A stretch of 39,698 nucleotides of DNA from an uncultured Saprospiraceae bacterium. GTDB taxonomy: Bacteria; Bacteroidota; Bacteroidia; Chitinophagales; Saprospiraceae. The position numbers were made by a program, and so were the translations under genes. This document shows, piece by piece, positions 26,744 through 35,384 of the stretch. The stretch is taken from assembly GCA_964564885.1 (NCBI GenBank), contig CAZMEH010000109.1, positions 1-39,698 of the forward strand, written 5' to 3'. Under the pieces are notes generated by a model. That model saw only the letters and a list, made by a program, of their open reading frames with translations, was not told where the DNA came from and made no database searches. How positions within the stretch are numbered: position 1 is the first letter of the stretch; each line of letters starts with the position of its first letter.

Positions 26744-27874
26744 ATGAATCAACAGGGAAAAATTATAATTAATAGTTTTATAGCCAACACAGGAATGGGT
26801 TTTGCTACTATTTTGCCAATTCTTGTTGGTGCAATCGTAGATGATGCTGGTTTTCCTAGGGAGATGATTGGTTGGATTGCTTCTATCAATATTTTCGGAA
26901 TGGTGCTCGGTGGTATCGTTGCAACTTTATTGATTGGTCGTTTTCGATTGATTACATTGCTTCAAGTTGCTTTGGTTTGTTTAGCCCTTTTTGATGCACT
27001 TTCTATTTTTGCAACAACTTCTTCTTCATTAATATTAGGGGCACGGTTTTTCAGCGGCATTTTTGGCGGAATCATTTATGCTAGTGCATTAGCCATCTTT
27101 TCAGGTCTCGAAAAACCGATTAAAGCCTTTGGCGTCTACGTGATTGTCTATTGCGCCTGGGCTACAGTGATGCTGATTAGTTTACCTCATGGAATTGCTG
27201 CGATTGGTGTGAAAGCTGGTTTTTTGCTATTGATTGGAATGAGCATAGCTTCTTTCATTGGTACATTTATTATCAAAGGTTTAGAGAGAGAAACAGCAGA
27301 AAAGGATTTTATTTCACTCAACGAATTACTAGCTAACAAAGAAGTTTTGATTGGTTTGTCTGCTTATTTTTTAATGCAAATGGGTGGTGGAACGGTTTGG
27401 ACGTATTGCGAACGCATTGCCAAAGAAGCGGATTTATCTTCTAGTTTTATTGGTTGGGCACTCGGTATTAGTAGTATGGCTTCTATGATAGGCGGTATTT
27501 CAGTCATGCGATTAGGAACTTCAAAAGGGCTGAAAAAGCCTTTAATTATTGGTTCTACTATAATGATGACAGGGATTTTAACTTTATGGTTTGCTGAAAT
27601 TCCTACGCTCTATATCGTTGCACTTTGCATGATTGGCGGTTGCTGGGCATTTCTAATTCCATTTTTTCAACAAATTCAAACGCAATTCGATACTAGCGGC
27701 AAAGTTGTTTCATTAGGAACAATTGTAAATATGGGCGGACGTGCAACTGGACCTGCTATTGCTGCAATTGTCCTTGGTTCTAGTGCATATATCAACGTTA
27801 TTTGGATTGGAATTGGTGGGTTAATGTCGAGTGTTATTTTGGTTTTAATATTATTTAAGCGAGTGAAGAAGTAG
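26744..27874 (+). CDS. MFS transporter
   Basis: 376-aa ORF with ~12 hydrophobic helices in two six-helix halves separated by a charged loop ('KGLERETAEKD'). Confidence 0.82.
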   Translation: MNQQGKIIINSFIANTGMGFATILPILVGAIVDDAGFPREMIGWIASINIFGMVLGGIVATLLIGRFRLITLLQVALVCLALFDALSIFATTSSSLILGARFFSGIFGGIIYASALAIFSGLEKPIKAFGVYVIVYCAWATVMLISLPHGIAAIGVKAGFLLLIGMSIASFIGTFIIKGLERETAEKDFISLNELLANKEVLIGLSAYFLMQMGGGTVWTYCERIAKEADLSSSFIGWALGISSMASMIGGISVMRLGTSKGLKKPLIIGSTIMMTGILTLWFAEIPTLYIVALCMIGGCWAFLIPFFQQIQTQFDTSGKVVSLGTIVNMGGRATGPAIAAIVLGSSAYINVIWIGIGGLMSSVILVLILFKRVKK

Positions 27875-27973
27875 TAAAACAAAGAAATCTTCTTAGAGGA
27901 GTTCAGAATGTTTTTCAAGTAGATTTCCTTTTGTCTGTCATTTTAGTAGGAATTGATTAAACGCATTGTAGGA

Positions 27974-28597
27974 TTAAGAATAAATAACGTTCTCTAAGGA
28001 AAACTCAAATGGTGTAGCGTCAATTCCTGTTCCACCTTCTGACATTACTAAATCAGCAGAAGCAATACCTGCTAAGAAAACCTGCTTGTTTATCTCAGAA
28101 ATAACCGCTGAGTCAATTATATCTCCTTCTTCTATCCCAGAAGGAAGACCAATATAAATACAAGGTTTGAAGTCGAAAATAGTTTTTTGACCTGAAGCAA
28201 CTACACCTTTAGTCGCTATTAATCTACGGTTTCTATATATATATACAATAGCTGAATGACTTCCTGATACATTGTAAATCTCTACAGAAGAAGAGGTGGC
28301 GGCACGGGTAGATCTTTGTAGAAAATTACCTGTAGGCTCTTCTGATATTATTTCATATTTATATCCTGGCTCAAGTGTTTGCGGAGCGGTCATATTACCA
28401 TAGCCATCTCCTATAACTATTTGTGTATCATGTTCATAAATAAATGGATGAGAATCTCCTTGACTACAATTTTTAATTACCTTCCAAGCAATAGCTAAGT
28501 CATCAAAGCTAGTTCCTTCGTTTTTTTGGAAAATAACAATACGGGAATTACGGGTTACATCAGAACGGTTGATAAAATTTAATTTTATTGAATTCAT
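27974..28597 (-). CDS. Hypothetical protein with internal two-fold repeat (beta-rich, no signal peptide)
   Basis: 207-aa ORF flanked by long non-coding AT-rich DNA. The N-half 'IKLNFINRSDVTRNSRIVIFQKN' parallels the C-half 'VEIYNVSGSHSAIVYIYRNR'. No family recognised. Confidence 0.65.
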   Translation of the reverse strand: MNSIKLNFINRSDVTRNSRIVIFQKNEGTSFDDLAIAWKVIKNCSQGDSHPFIYEHDTQIVIGDGYGNMTAPQTLEPGYKYEIISEEPTGNFLQRSTRAATSSSVEIYNVSGSHSAIVYIYRNRRLIATKGVVASGQKTIFDFKPCIYIGLPSGIEEGDIIDSAVISEINKQVFLAGIASADLVMSEGGTGIDATPFEFSLENVIYS

Positions 28598-28919
28598 AAT
28601 TTTAATAATTTTTTAAGGCCTAAAATCTTAGATAGATATATCAGACTTAAATGAACACTTAATTATTTGGGAGTCAATTTCTTAAGTTTCCTTCTTCATA
28701 ACCTTTGTATTGAAGGTCATACATAAGGTTAATGTCTAAAATGTCACCAGTCTACTTTAAAAAAATTATTATCTACTAGGCTTAATTACTCTTTATTATG
28801 AAAAATATCCAGTCTTTAAACAATTGGTAATCTCTATACTTAAGCAATATCTAGGGTTTCGATGTGTTTGTCTCAATTCTTATTTTTTATTAGCAAAAGA
28901 TAACCAACGAAATAAAAAA

Positions 28920-28954
28920 ATAGCTGATTGAAGTTAAATTCTTCAATCAGCTAT
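28920..28954 (-). terminator. Rho-independent terminator after marC-family gene
   Basis: Perfect 14-bp stem ATAGCTGATTGAAG / CTTCAATCAGCTAT, with a T-run on the minus strand (A-run at 28914-28920). Confidence 0.8.
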
Positions 28955-28994
28955 TCTTATAATCAATTCCTTTATAAAAAGTTGTAATTATAAT

Positions 28995-29555
28995 TTACAC
29001 ATAGTTTCTAAACATCTGAATAGCAATCGCTAACAACAAAATTCCAAACGTTTTCCTAAGTGTTTTAGACACTTGTGGAGAAATTCTGTGAGACAACCAA
29101 TCAGTTGAACTTAATATCAAGTAGACAATGACCAAGTTAATCAAAATACCTGCGGCAATACTCAATGTATCGTACTCTGCCTTCAAAGAAATAATCGTTG
29201 TCAATGTTCCTGCACCTGCTAAAAGCGGAAAAGCAATCGGTACAATACTTCCTGAACCGCCGCCCTCGTGATTGTCACGGAAAATGCGCACACCGAGTAA
29301 CATTTCTAATCCAATAAAGAAAATAATTAACGAACCCGCTAAGGCAAATGAAGCAACCTCTAGCCCGAAAAGAGAAAGTATTGCATTTCCAAAAAATAGA
29401 AATGCCATCATAATAGAAGCGGCAGCAAGTGTAGCTGCTGTAGCTTTTATCTCTAAACCACTTTTTTTCATATCAATAATAACCGGCAAATTTCCTAAAA
29501 TGTCGATTACTGAAAACAAGATGAAACTAACTGATAAAATAGCTCCGAAATTCAT
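28995..29555 (-). CDS. MarC-family (UPF0056) integral membrane protein
   Basis: 186 aa, six hydrophobic helices and 'IVPIAFPLLAGAGTLTT', characteristic of the MarC family. Confidence 0.85.
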   Translation of the reverse strand: MNFGAILSVSFILFSVIDILGNLPVIIDMKKSGLEIKATAATLAAASIMMAFLFFGNAILSLFGLEVASFALAGSLIIFFIGLEMLLGVRIFRDNHEGGGSGSIVPIAFPLLAGAGTLTTIISLKAEYDTLSIAAGILINLVIVYLILSSTDWLSHRISPQVSKTLRKTFGILLLAIAIQMFRNYV

Positions 29556-29796
29556 ATCTTAAAATTTTTATGAGTGAAGTTCTTAATGTTCTTTCAAGAA
29601 CTTCAATGTTTTAATTTGTGAATGATTATGTAAGAAATACGTTTATTTTCTATTTCTTATAATTATCTAACTGTTATTTATAGTACAAAAGTGAATAATT
29701 AATTTAATATTTAAAATAGTTGAAGTAATACCGCGTCAATATTAAATTTTATAGACTATAATTGCGTAACATTTAAACTTGAACATTTTTATAAAT

Positions 29797-30264
29797 ATGA
29801 AAGAAAATCAACTTGACGCAATAGACGTGAGAATTTTAGAGGAATTGACAGCAGACGCCAGGGTTTCATTCGTTAAATTGGCTCAAAAACTCAAGGTTTC
29901 TAACACTTTGATACATCAAAGAGTCAAAAAAATGAAAGACATTGGTGTTTTGAAACAGGCTGCGTATCAAATTGACCCTTGGAAACTGGGTTATCAGACT
30001 TCGGCGTATACACAAATCATGTTGAAGAGTGCGAAACAGCACCGTCAAGTGGAAGGAGAACTAGCGAAAATTCCCGAAATCGTAGAATGTGTTAATATTT
30101 CTGGTCCATATGCGCTTCTTGTTAAAATTTACGCAAAAAATAATCGACACCTTCGTGATATTATTTATGAAAAAATTCACACGCTTGAAGCAGTTGAAGG
30201 AACAAACTCGACTTTTTCATTTGAAACCGCTTTTGTGCGAACGGTTCCTTTTAATAATGATTAA
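29797..30264 (+). CDS. Lrp/AsnC-family transcriptional regulator
   Basis: 'LDAIDVRILEELTADARVSFVKLAQKLKVSNTLIHQRVKKM' forms the HTH, followed by an AsnC-type RAM domain. The ORF-track start at 29779 is a TTG; the ATG at 29797 is preferred. Confidence 0.9.
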   Translation: MKENQLDAIDVRILEELTADARVSFVKLAQKLKVSNTLIHQRVKKMKDIGVLKQAAYQIDPWKLGYQTSAYTQIMLKSAKQHRQVEGELAKIPEIVECVNISGPYALLVKIYAKNNRHLRDIIYEKIHTLEAVEGTNSTFSFETAFVRTVPFNND

Positions 30265-30316
30265 ATAAATGCAGAAGGTTTGACCGAATAATATATTTCG
30301 GCATTCATTCCGTTTA

Positions 30317-30334
30317 AGAAACCATCAGGTTTCT
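30317..30334 (+). terminator. Probable terminator after the Lrp/AsnC gene
   Basis: AGAAACC-ATCA-GGTTTCT followed by AATTCTTAATT. Confidence 0.45.
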
Positions 30335-30581
30335 AATTCTTAATTAATACCGGTGCGTTAATTGAATCAAGTTCTTATTTCATCAGTTGAGATACCTTTC
30401 TCAATCAATTCAATCTAGTTTTCTATTACTTTGTCATTGAATCGGTGTTTTAAAGGTGTATTTATCCTTGGATATTATAGGAGAAATATATTCGAGTAAG
30501 TAGACGAATTTCAGAAAAGGGAATCTGAAACTGCTGCCTAAAGTAAATCAGTTTAATTACATAGTCTTGAATGTAATGATG

Positions 30582-30613
30582 GCACCTTCAAAATAATTTG
30601 ATGGTGCTTTTTT
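30582..30613 (+). terminator. Orphan Rho-independent terminator in the intergenic region
   Basis: GCACCTTCA / TGATGGTGC stem (one mismatch) followed by TTTTTT. No annotated ORF ends here. Confidence 0.55.
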
Positions 30614-30703
30614 ATTAATGCTACTCAATTTTGAGGTTTACTAATGTCATTTATATAAATATTTGTAACAAATATTAAAGTTTACTCAGGTTAATATTTT
30701 AAG

Positions 30704-30711
30704 TATATTTG
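30704..30711 (+). promoter_or_regulatory. Bacteroidota -7 box (TAnnTTTG), promoter of T9SS-substrate gene
   Basis: TATATTTG lies ~100 nt upstream of the ATG at 30810 and downstream of the terminator at 30582-30613. Confidence 0.4.
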
Positions 30712-30809
30712 TAGTAACTACTACTCAAAGTTTACACGTCAATAAGAGTTAACTTAAGCACAAAAAACGCTACGAATTTAATTTTTATTGAATTAGGAAA
30801 TCATATCAT

Positions 30810-32897
30810 ATGGGACGCTTAGTAGCTGTACTCATCTTCATTTTTATCTGCTTTAGCCAAGCTATTGCACAGGTTTCTATTACACCGAAAGTTGATGCTT
30901 CTCAAATAGTTGGTGTTGCTCCTATGCCTGTTTTCTTCGATGCAACAGCGACTTCTATCAATGATACAACGATAAATACATTTCACGATTTACATTACCA
31001 ATGGAATTTTGGTGATTTTTTTAGCGGTGCTTGGTACACCAAAACAAAATCAAAAAACCGTGCATCTAGTCCGTTGGCAGCCCATGTTTTTGATAGTACA
31101 GGACTTCATGTGGTAGAATTGGAAGTTTTTAAAAATGCTGAATATTCCGTTCTTAAAACCTTTATTGTCAAAATAGAAGATGCCGACAACTTTTATAAAG
31201 GTGAAAAAACGATTTGTTTTTCTACGAATGGAGCGTTTCCAGATGCGCCATATGCTGCAAGATGGGAAACGATTCAAACCTTAGATGATGTTCAGCGATT
31301 TGTGAATGATAGCACTCGATTACTTTTTAAACGAGGCGAAACGATTCTCGCTACGTCTAGTTTGGACTTAGGACATGTTAATCATCTAACAATAGGAGCA
31401 TTTGGGGCACGTCTTAATATGGACGAAAATAACCGAAGTGAAAATGCGCCTGTTATTCAAATGGATGGAAATGAACCGATTTTTTTGGTTGGAAATGTAG
31501 ACACGCTTCAGAAAAGCAGCCATATTAAAATTACAGAACTCAATTTAGTTAATGCCAATATTGAAAATATATCACCAGCTATTTTAGCCGTTGGTGAAAC
31601 TTCTAAAAACCTACTTTATCGTTTAAGAATTGAAGATTTTGGAAAGGCTATTTTTTATGATTATAGTCAATTAGAATATTTTGCTTACCCGAATGAGCGA
31701 TTGGTTCAAGTGTTTGAAGAAATTATCATCGCTGAATGTATTATTAATAATAGAAACAAATCAGGTGATTTAGTTCACCTCAATGGCAAAAAAATAGCCT
31801 TAATCGGGAATGATTTAAATAACTTTAGAAACCGAGGAAATGTGCTCAATATCTCTTGGGGCAGTAAAATGATTATTAATAATAATACTTTTCTAAATCC
31901 TGGAAGATTCCGAAATGCACTCAAAATTACTGGTCCAAATTGTGATTTTTGTATTACAGAAAGAGCAACGACCAATCAAATTATTATTACAGACAATCAT
32001 TTTGAAACTGACTTTGGTGTTCGTGAAATTATTAGGATACACAAAAATAGTGACAAAGAAGGTTTGATTGAAAATATAATTATTGATAGGAATTTCATTA
32101 GTGCTTTGCAAGATGAAAAAGTGCGTTGCGGAATTACCATTGGCGCAAATGGTGTGAGTATTCGTAATAATATTATTAACGGAACAGGTTCAAACTCTTG
32201 GCAATTCACAGGTATTTATGTGTTAAATGATTATGCGAAATCGGGTAATATCTCAAATGCAAAAATTACAAATAACACTATTTTTAAACAAGATTTGATT
32301 AATTTGATGACAGGCGTTCGCATTGGAGAGAATATCGAAAAGACCTTTGTCGCCAATAATTTGGTGTATAGTCCGAACGCAATGGATATTATGATAGTAG
32401 ACGACAATGGTTTATTTACGATAGAAAAGCGTAATATTTACCCGATTGTTCCTCCTTTTGTCAAAAGAAAACCTATACAACCACTAGATTTTCAATTAGA
32501 CTCTATTAGTATTGTATTGGACAAGGGAACATCGGAGCAATTAGCTTGTCGAGATTACTTTGAAAATGTTCGTTCGCATGAAGACCGCATTGATGTTGGC
32601 GCATTTCAGTTTACTGGAAATCCAATTACGGCTTTCAGTTTCAATGAATTATCTTCTTCTAATGTGTTAGAATATCCTTATCCTGTCCGTAGTTATTTTA
32701 CAATGGATTTATCAAAATTCACTGCCTCTTACAGTGTAGACATTTTTAATTCGGAAGGCAAACTTATTCATGAAGACCAAAAGCAGCGTAACATGTTCTA
32801 CATTTGGCAAACTCAAAATCATGAAAACGGCATTTATTGGATAATAATTCATTCAAAAAATGCAACTTTGATGACTAAGGTTTTGATTGAAAGATAA
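30810..32897 (+). CDS. Secreted PKD-domain / right-handed beta-helix protein with T9SS C-terminal sorting domain
   Basis: Signal peptide 'LVAVLIFIFICFSQAIAQ' and a PKD-like segment ('APMPVFFDAT...YQWNFGD'). Parallel beta-helix repeats ('IRNNIINGTG', 'KITNNTIF', 'VANNLVY'). The last ~75 aa match the type-A T9SS CTD pattern ('YPYPV...VDIFNSEGKLI...NGIYWIIIHS...KVLIER'). Confidence 0.85.
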   Translation: MGRLVAVLIFIFICFSQAIAQVSITPKVDASQIVGVAPMPVFFDATATSINDTTINTFHDLHYQWNFGDFFSGAWYTKTKSKNRASSPLAAHVFDSTGLHVVELEVFKNAEYSVLKTFIVKIEDADNFYKGEKTICFSTNGAFPDAPYAARWETIQTLDDVQRFVNDSTRLLFKRGETILATSSLDLGHVNHLTIGAFGARLNMDENNRSENAPVIQMDGNEPIFLVGNVDTLQKSSHIKITELNLVNANIENISPAILAVGETSKNLLYRLRIEDFGKAIFYDYSQLEYFAYPNERLVQVFEEIIIAECIINNRNKSGDLVHLNGKKIALIGNDLNNFRNRGNVLNISWGSKMIINNNTFLNPGRFRNALKITGPNCDFCITERATTNQIIITDNHFETDFGVREIIRIHKNSDKEGLIENIIIDRNFISALQDEKVRCGITIGANGVSIRNNIINGTGSNSWQFTGIYVLNDYAKSGNISNAKITNNTIFKQDLINLMTGVRIGENIEKTFVANNLVYSPNAMDIMIVDDNGLFTIEKRNIYPIVPPFVKRKPIQPLDFQLDSISIVLDKGTSEQLACRDYFENVRSHEDRIDVGAFQFTGNPITAFSFNELSSSNVLEYPYPVRSYFTMDLSKFTASYSVDIFNSEGKLIHEDQKQRNMFYIWQTQNHENGIYWIIIHSKNATLMTKVLIER

Positions 32898-32982
32898 AGC
32901 AGTTTAGAATTACGAATGCAAACAGACTGCATTCATAATCTTATGATTTTAAATTATGAATGTCATTTTAAGACATCTGACT

Positions 32983-33016
32983 TCTGACAGCGAAGCGGTC
33001 TCTCTTCTGACTTCTC
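32983..33016. repeat. 34-nt TCTGACAGCG...CTTCTGAYTTCTC repeat (copy 2)
   Basis: 29/34 identical to 24932-24965. It ends 2 nt before the smpB stop codon. Confidence 0.88.
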
Positions 33017-33018
33017 AA

Positions 33019-33480
33019 TTAATAATCCATCTTTTTAGCTCTATCCAACTCACGTTTATTATCACGATCTCTTATGGTTGTTCGCTTGTCATGTTGCTTC
33101 TTACCTTCGGCTAAAGCGATTTCCAACTTTACAAAACCTCTATCTGAAAAATATATTTTATAAGGAATAATGGTCATTCCTTTCTCTTCTTTCTTCTTGA
33201 ATAGCTTCTTAAGTTGTTGTTTTTTCAATAATACTTTTCGTTCTCGAATCGGGTCATGGTTATAATGACCACCATATTTATAAGGTGCGATGTATATATT
33301 TCGTACAAATAACTCCGTACCTCGAAAATAACAATATGCGTCTGCTAAATGTGCATTGTTCAATCGAATGCTTTTAACTTCCGTCCCTTTCAACATCAAA
33401 CCAGCCTCATACATATCTTTAAAATAGTATTCGTGCTTCGCTTTTCTGTTAACTATATGTACTTGTTTTTTAAATTCCAT
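33019..33480 (-). CDS. smpB: SsrA-binding protein
   Basis: 153 aa with 'NRKAKHEYYF...EAGLMLKGTEVKSIR...YIAPY...HDPIRERKLLLKK'-type SmpB signature and a basic C-terminal tail. Confidence 0.97.
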   Translation of the reverse strand: MEFKKQVHIVNRKAKHEYYFKDMYEAGLMLKGTEVKSIRLNNAHLADAYCYFRGTELFVRNIYIAPYKYGGHYNHDPIRERKVLLKKQQLKKLFKKKEEKGMTIIPYKIYFSDRGFVKLEIALAEGKKQHDKRTTIRDRDNKRELDRAKKMDY

Positions 33481-33490
33481 TTGTTGTTGA

Positions 33491-33513
33491 TTTACGATTT
33501 ACGATTTTAGAAT
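33491..33513. repeat. 23-nt word TTTACGATTTACGATTTTAGAAT (copy 2)
   Basis: Identical to 7200-7222, immediately upstream of the smpB start codon. Confidence 0.9.
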
Positions 33514-33633
33514 TATGATTTGTCTATTGAAATTATGTAACCGTAATTCAGAAATTGTAAAATCATTAATATCTTGCTTTATACTGTTGTGCATTTTTAC
33601 ACAAAGAAAAGTCGAGTAATGTTTTTCTGACAG

Positions 33634-33650
33634 TCCCGAGTATTCATGGA
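33634..33650. repeat. Degenerate TCCCGA hairpin module
   Basis: TCCCGA GTAT TCATGGA (right arm decayed), flanked by TCTGACAG words. Confidence 0.7.
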
Positions 33651-33668
33651 CTGTTCTGACAGTGAAAT

Positions 33669-33686
33669 TCCCGATAGCTATCGGGA
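33669..33686. repeat. TCCCGA-N6-TCGGGA hairpin module
   Basis: TCCCGA TAGCTA TCGGGA, flanked by TTCTGACAG and TTCTGAC, just downstream of the permease-DtxR stop. Confidence 0.9.
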
Positions 33687-33698
33687 CTATTCTGACTT

Positions 33699-35186
33699 CT
33701 AAACTAATATAACGTGAACTCGTTTCGCTAAGTTCAAAGGTACAGTAATTTGTTTAGTGTTTTGTTGAACAATCACCTGATTTGCATCGGTATTCGTCAC
33801 CAAAACCTCACTGTTCGGTAACAAACCCAATTGCCAAAGCTTTGCCGTAATATTTTCATTCATTTGTTCTAATGCGATAATAGCCAATTGGTTGACTAAT
33901 ATTTCATCTAAACCAACATCAGGATAACCGAACTTCTTTGGAATGAGCGAACCGTGTGGATCCATTCTCGGATAACCCAATTCGTGGTCAACTTCGTCCA
34001 AGACTTCATCCGTCAAAATATGTTCCAATCGTTCAGCATGTTCATGAATTTCAGCTTCGTTCATACCCGCTTGATTAACCAAATACGTTTCCCAAAGTCG
34101 ATGCGCACGGACTAATTTATTCGCCGCTCGAATACCTTTTTTATTTATTTTAATGGTGTCACCTTTCCATTCTAGCAAACCATTTTGACGCAATTTACTT
34201 AAATACTGTTTGACTTTAGATGCCGAAAACCCTAATCGTTCGACTAAGTTAGGTAAGTTTAAGTTATCTCTCTCCCGCAATTTAAAAGCCTGTTTCAGCG
34301 TGTCTTCCAATTCGACTTTTTTACGAATGCTATTTTTGCGCAAATACTTAAACAGCAAACCTTTCTTTGGTGAAAAGAAAACAGCCAATAAGAAAAACAT
34401 CGTTCCTGTAACCGCCATTGCTGGGCCAGGTGTTGTTTCCAACTTAATGGCAAGTAACAAACCAATAATTGCCGAAAATAAACCAATGAAGGCAGAAAGC
34501 ACCACTACTTTCTGTAATCTATCGCTGAGTAGCAAAGCCGTTGCCGCAGGTGCAATCAACATCGAAACAACCAAAATAACACCAACTGCTTTCAACGAAG
34601 CAACGATTGCAAGCGATAATAACAGCATTAAAAAATAATAAACCGCCCTGACAGGAATGCCAAGCGTTTCCGCAATCACTACTTGAAAAGTCGTTGCAAA
34701 AAGGTAACGATAAAAGATAATCACACTTAAAATGACAAAAAGCGTAATCGCACCAGTCAAATATAAATCCTCATTAGAAACGCCCAAAGCATTTCCAAAC
34801 AAAAAATCTTTCAAGTCTAAATGCACGCCATCTTGTCGGCTAATTCGTGAAATCCACATCACGCCAATTGAAAACATAGCGGTAAACACAATGCCCATCG
34901 CCGCATCATTTTTAATCGGAACATTGCGCTGCAACCAAGTAATCATTATTGCGGTAATAATCCCAGCGAAGACGGCGCCTACAAAAAATCCCATTACGCT
35001 ATAACCTGCAACTACAAAACCAAGCACAACACCAGGCAGCACCGCATGAGAAAGCGCATCGCCAATCAGTGACATATTTCGCAAGACAATAAAAACACCC
35101 AAAATTCCACACATCACGCCAATCATGGAGGAAGCAATCAAGGCTCGTATTGCCCATTCGTATTGTAAAATTTCTAAAATTTCCAT
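33699..35186 (-). CDS. Metal ABC transporter permease (ABC-3/TroCD/ZnuB type) fused to a C-terminal DtxR/MntR-type repressor module plus FeoA/SH3-like domain
   Basis: Residues 1-~280 form a polytopic ABC-3 permease ('GDALSHAVLPGVVLGF'). Residues ~285-495 carry a winged HTH, 'AHRLWETYL', 'HEHAERLEH', 'DPHGSLIP' and a C-terminal FeoA-like segment. Confidence 0.9.
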   Translation of the reverse strand: MEILEILQYEWAIRALIASSMIGVMCGILGVFIVLRNMSLIGDALSHAVLPGVVLGFVVAGYSVMGFFVGAVFAGIITAIMITWLQRNVPIKNDAAMGIVFTAMFSIGVMWISRISRQDGVHLDLKDFLFGNALGVSNEDLYLTGAITLFVILSVIIFYRYLFATTFQVVIAETLGIPVRAVYYFLMLLLSLAIVASLKAVGVILVVSMLIAPAATALLLSDRLQKVVVLSAFIGLFSAIIGLLLAIKLETTPGPAMAVTGTMFFLLAVFFSPKKGLLFKYLRKNSIRKKVELEDTLKQAFKLRERDNLNLPNLVERLGFSASKVKQYLSKLRQNGLLEWKGDTIKINKKGIRAANKLVRAHRLWETYLVNQAGMNEAEIHEHAERLEHILTDEVLDEVDHELGYPRMDPHGSLIPKKFGYPDVGLDEILVNQLAIIALEQMNENITAKLWQLGLLPNSEVLVTNTDANQVIVQQNTKQITVPLNLAKRVHVILV

Positions 35187-35384
35187 TGCTATAATTGTTT
35201 CATTTGACTTTCGTCAAATTGATTGTTATTATTGTTTTGCTCCTCCCGTCGCTGACTATTCGGTCAAGCCTCATGAGAGGAGTTGTTTTATTGCTGTAAT
35301 TGTTCCTCAAGTTAGCGCACTAATACGAGCAACAATTTAGCAATAAAACAATGAGCCGTTAGGCGACAACAATTCAACAACCTT

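Noticed and set aside
34210-35004. Plus-strand ORFs 34210-34638 and 34732-35004 (also 36906-37292, 35664-35969, 36450-36635)
   Set aside because: They are antisense to well-supported ABC transporter genes. Their composition looks like mirror images of hydrophobic coding DNA, and no family is recognisable.
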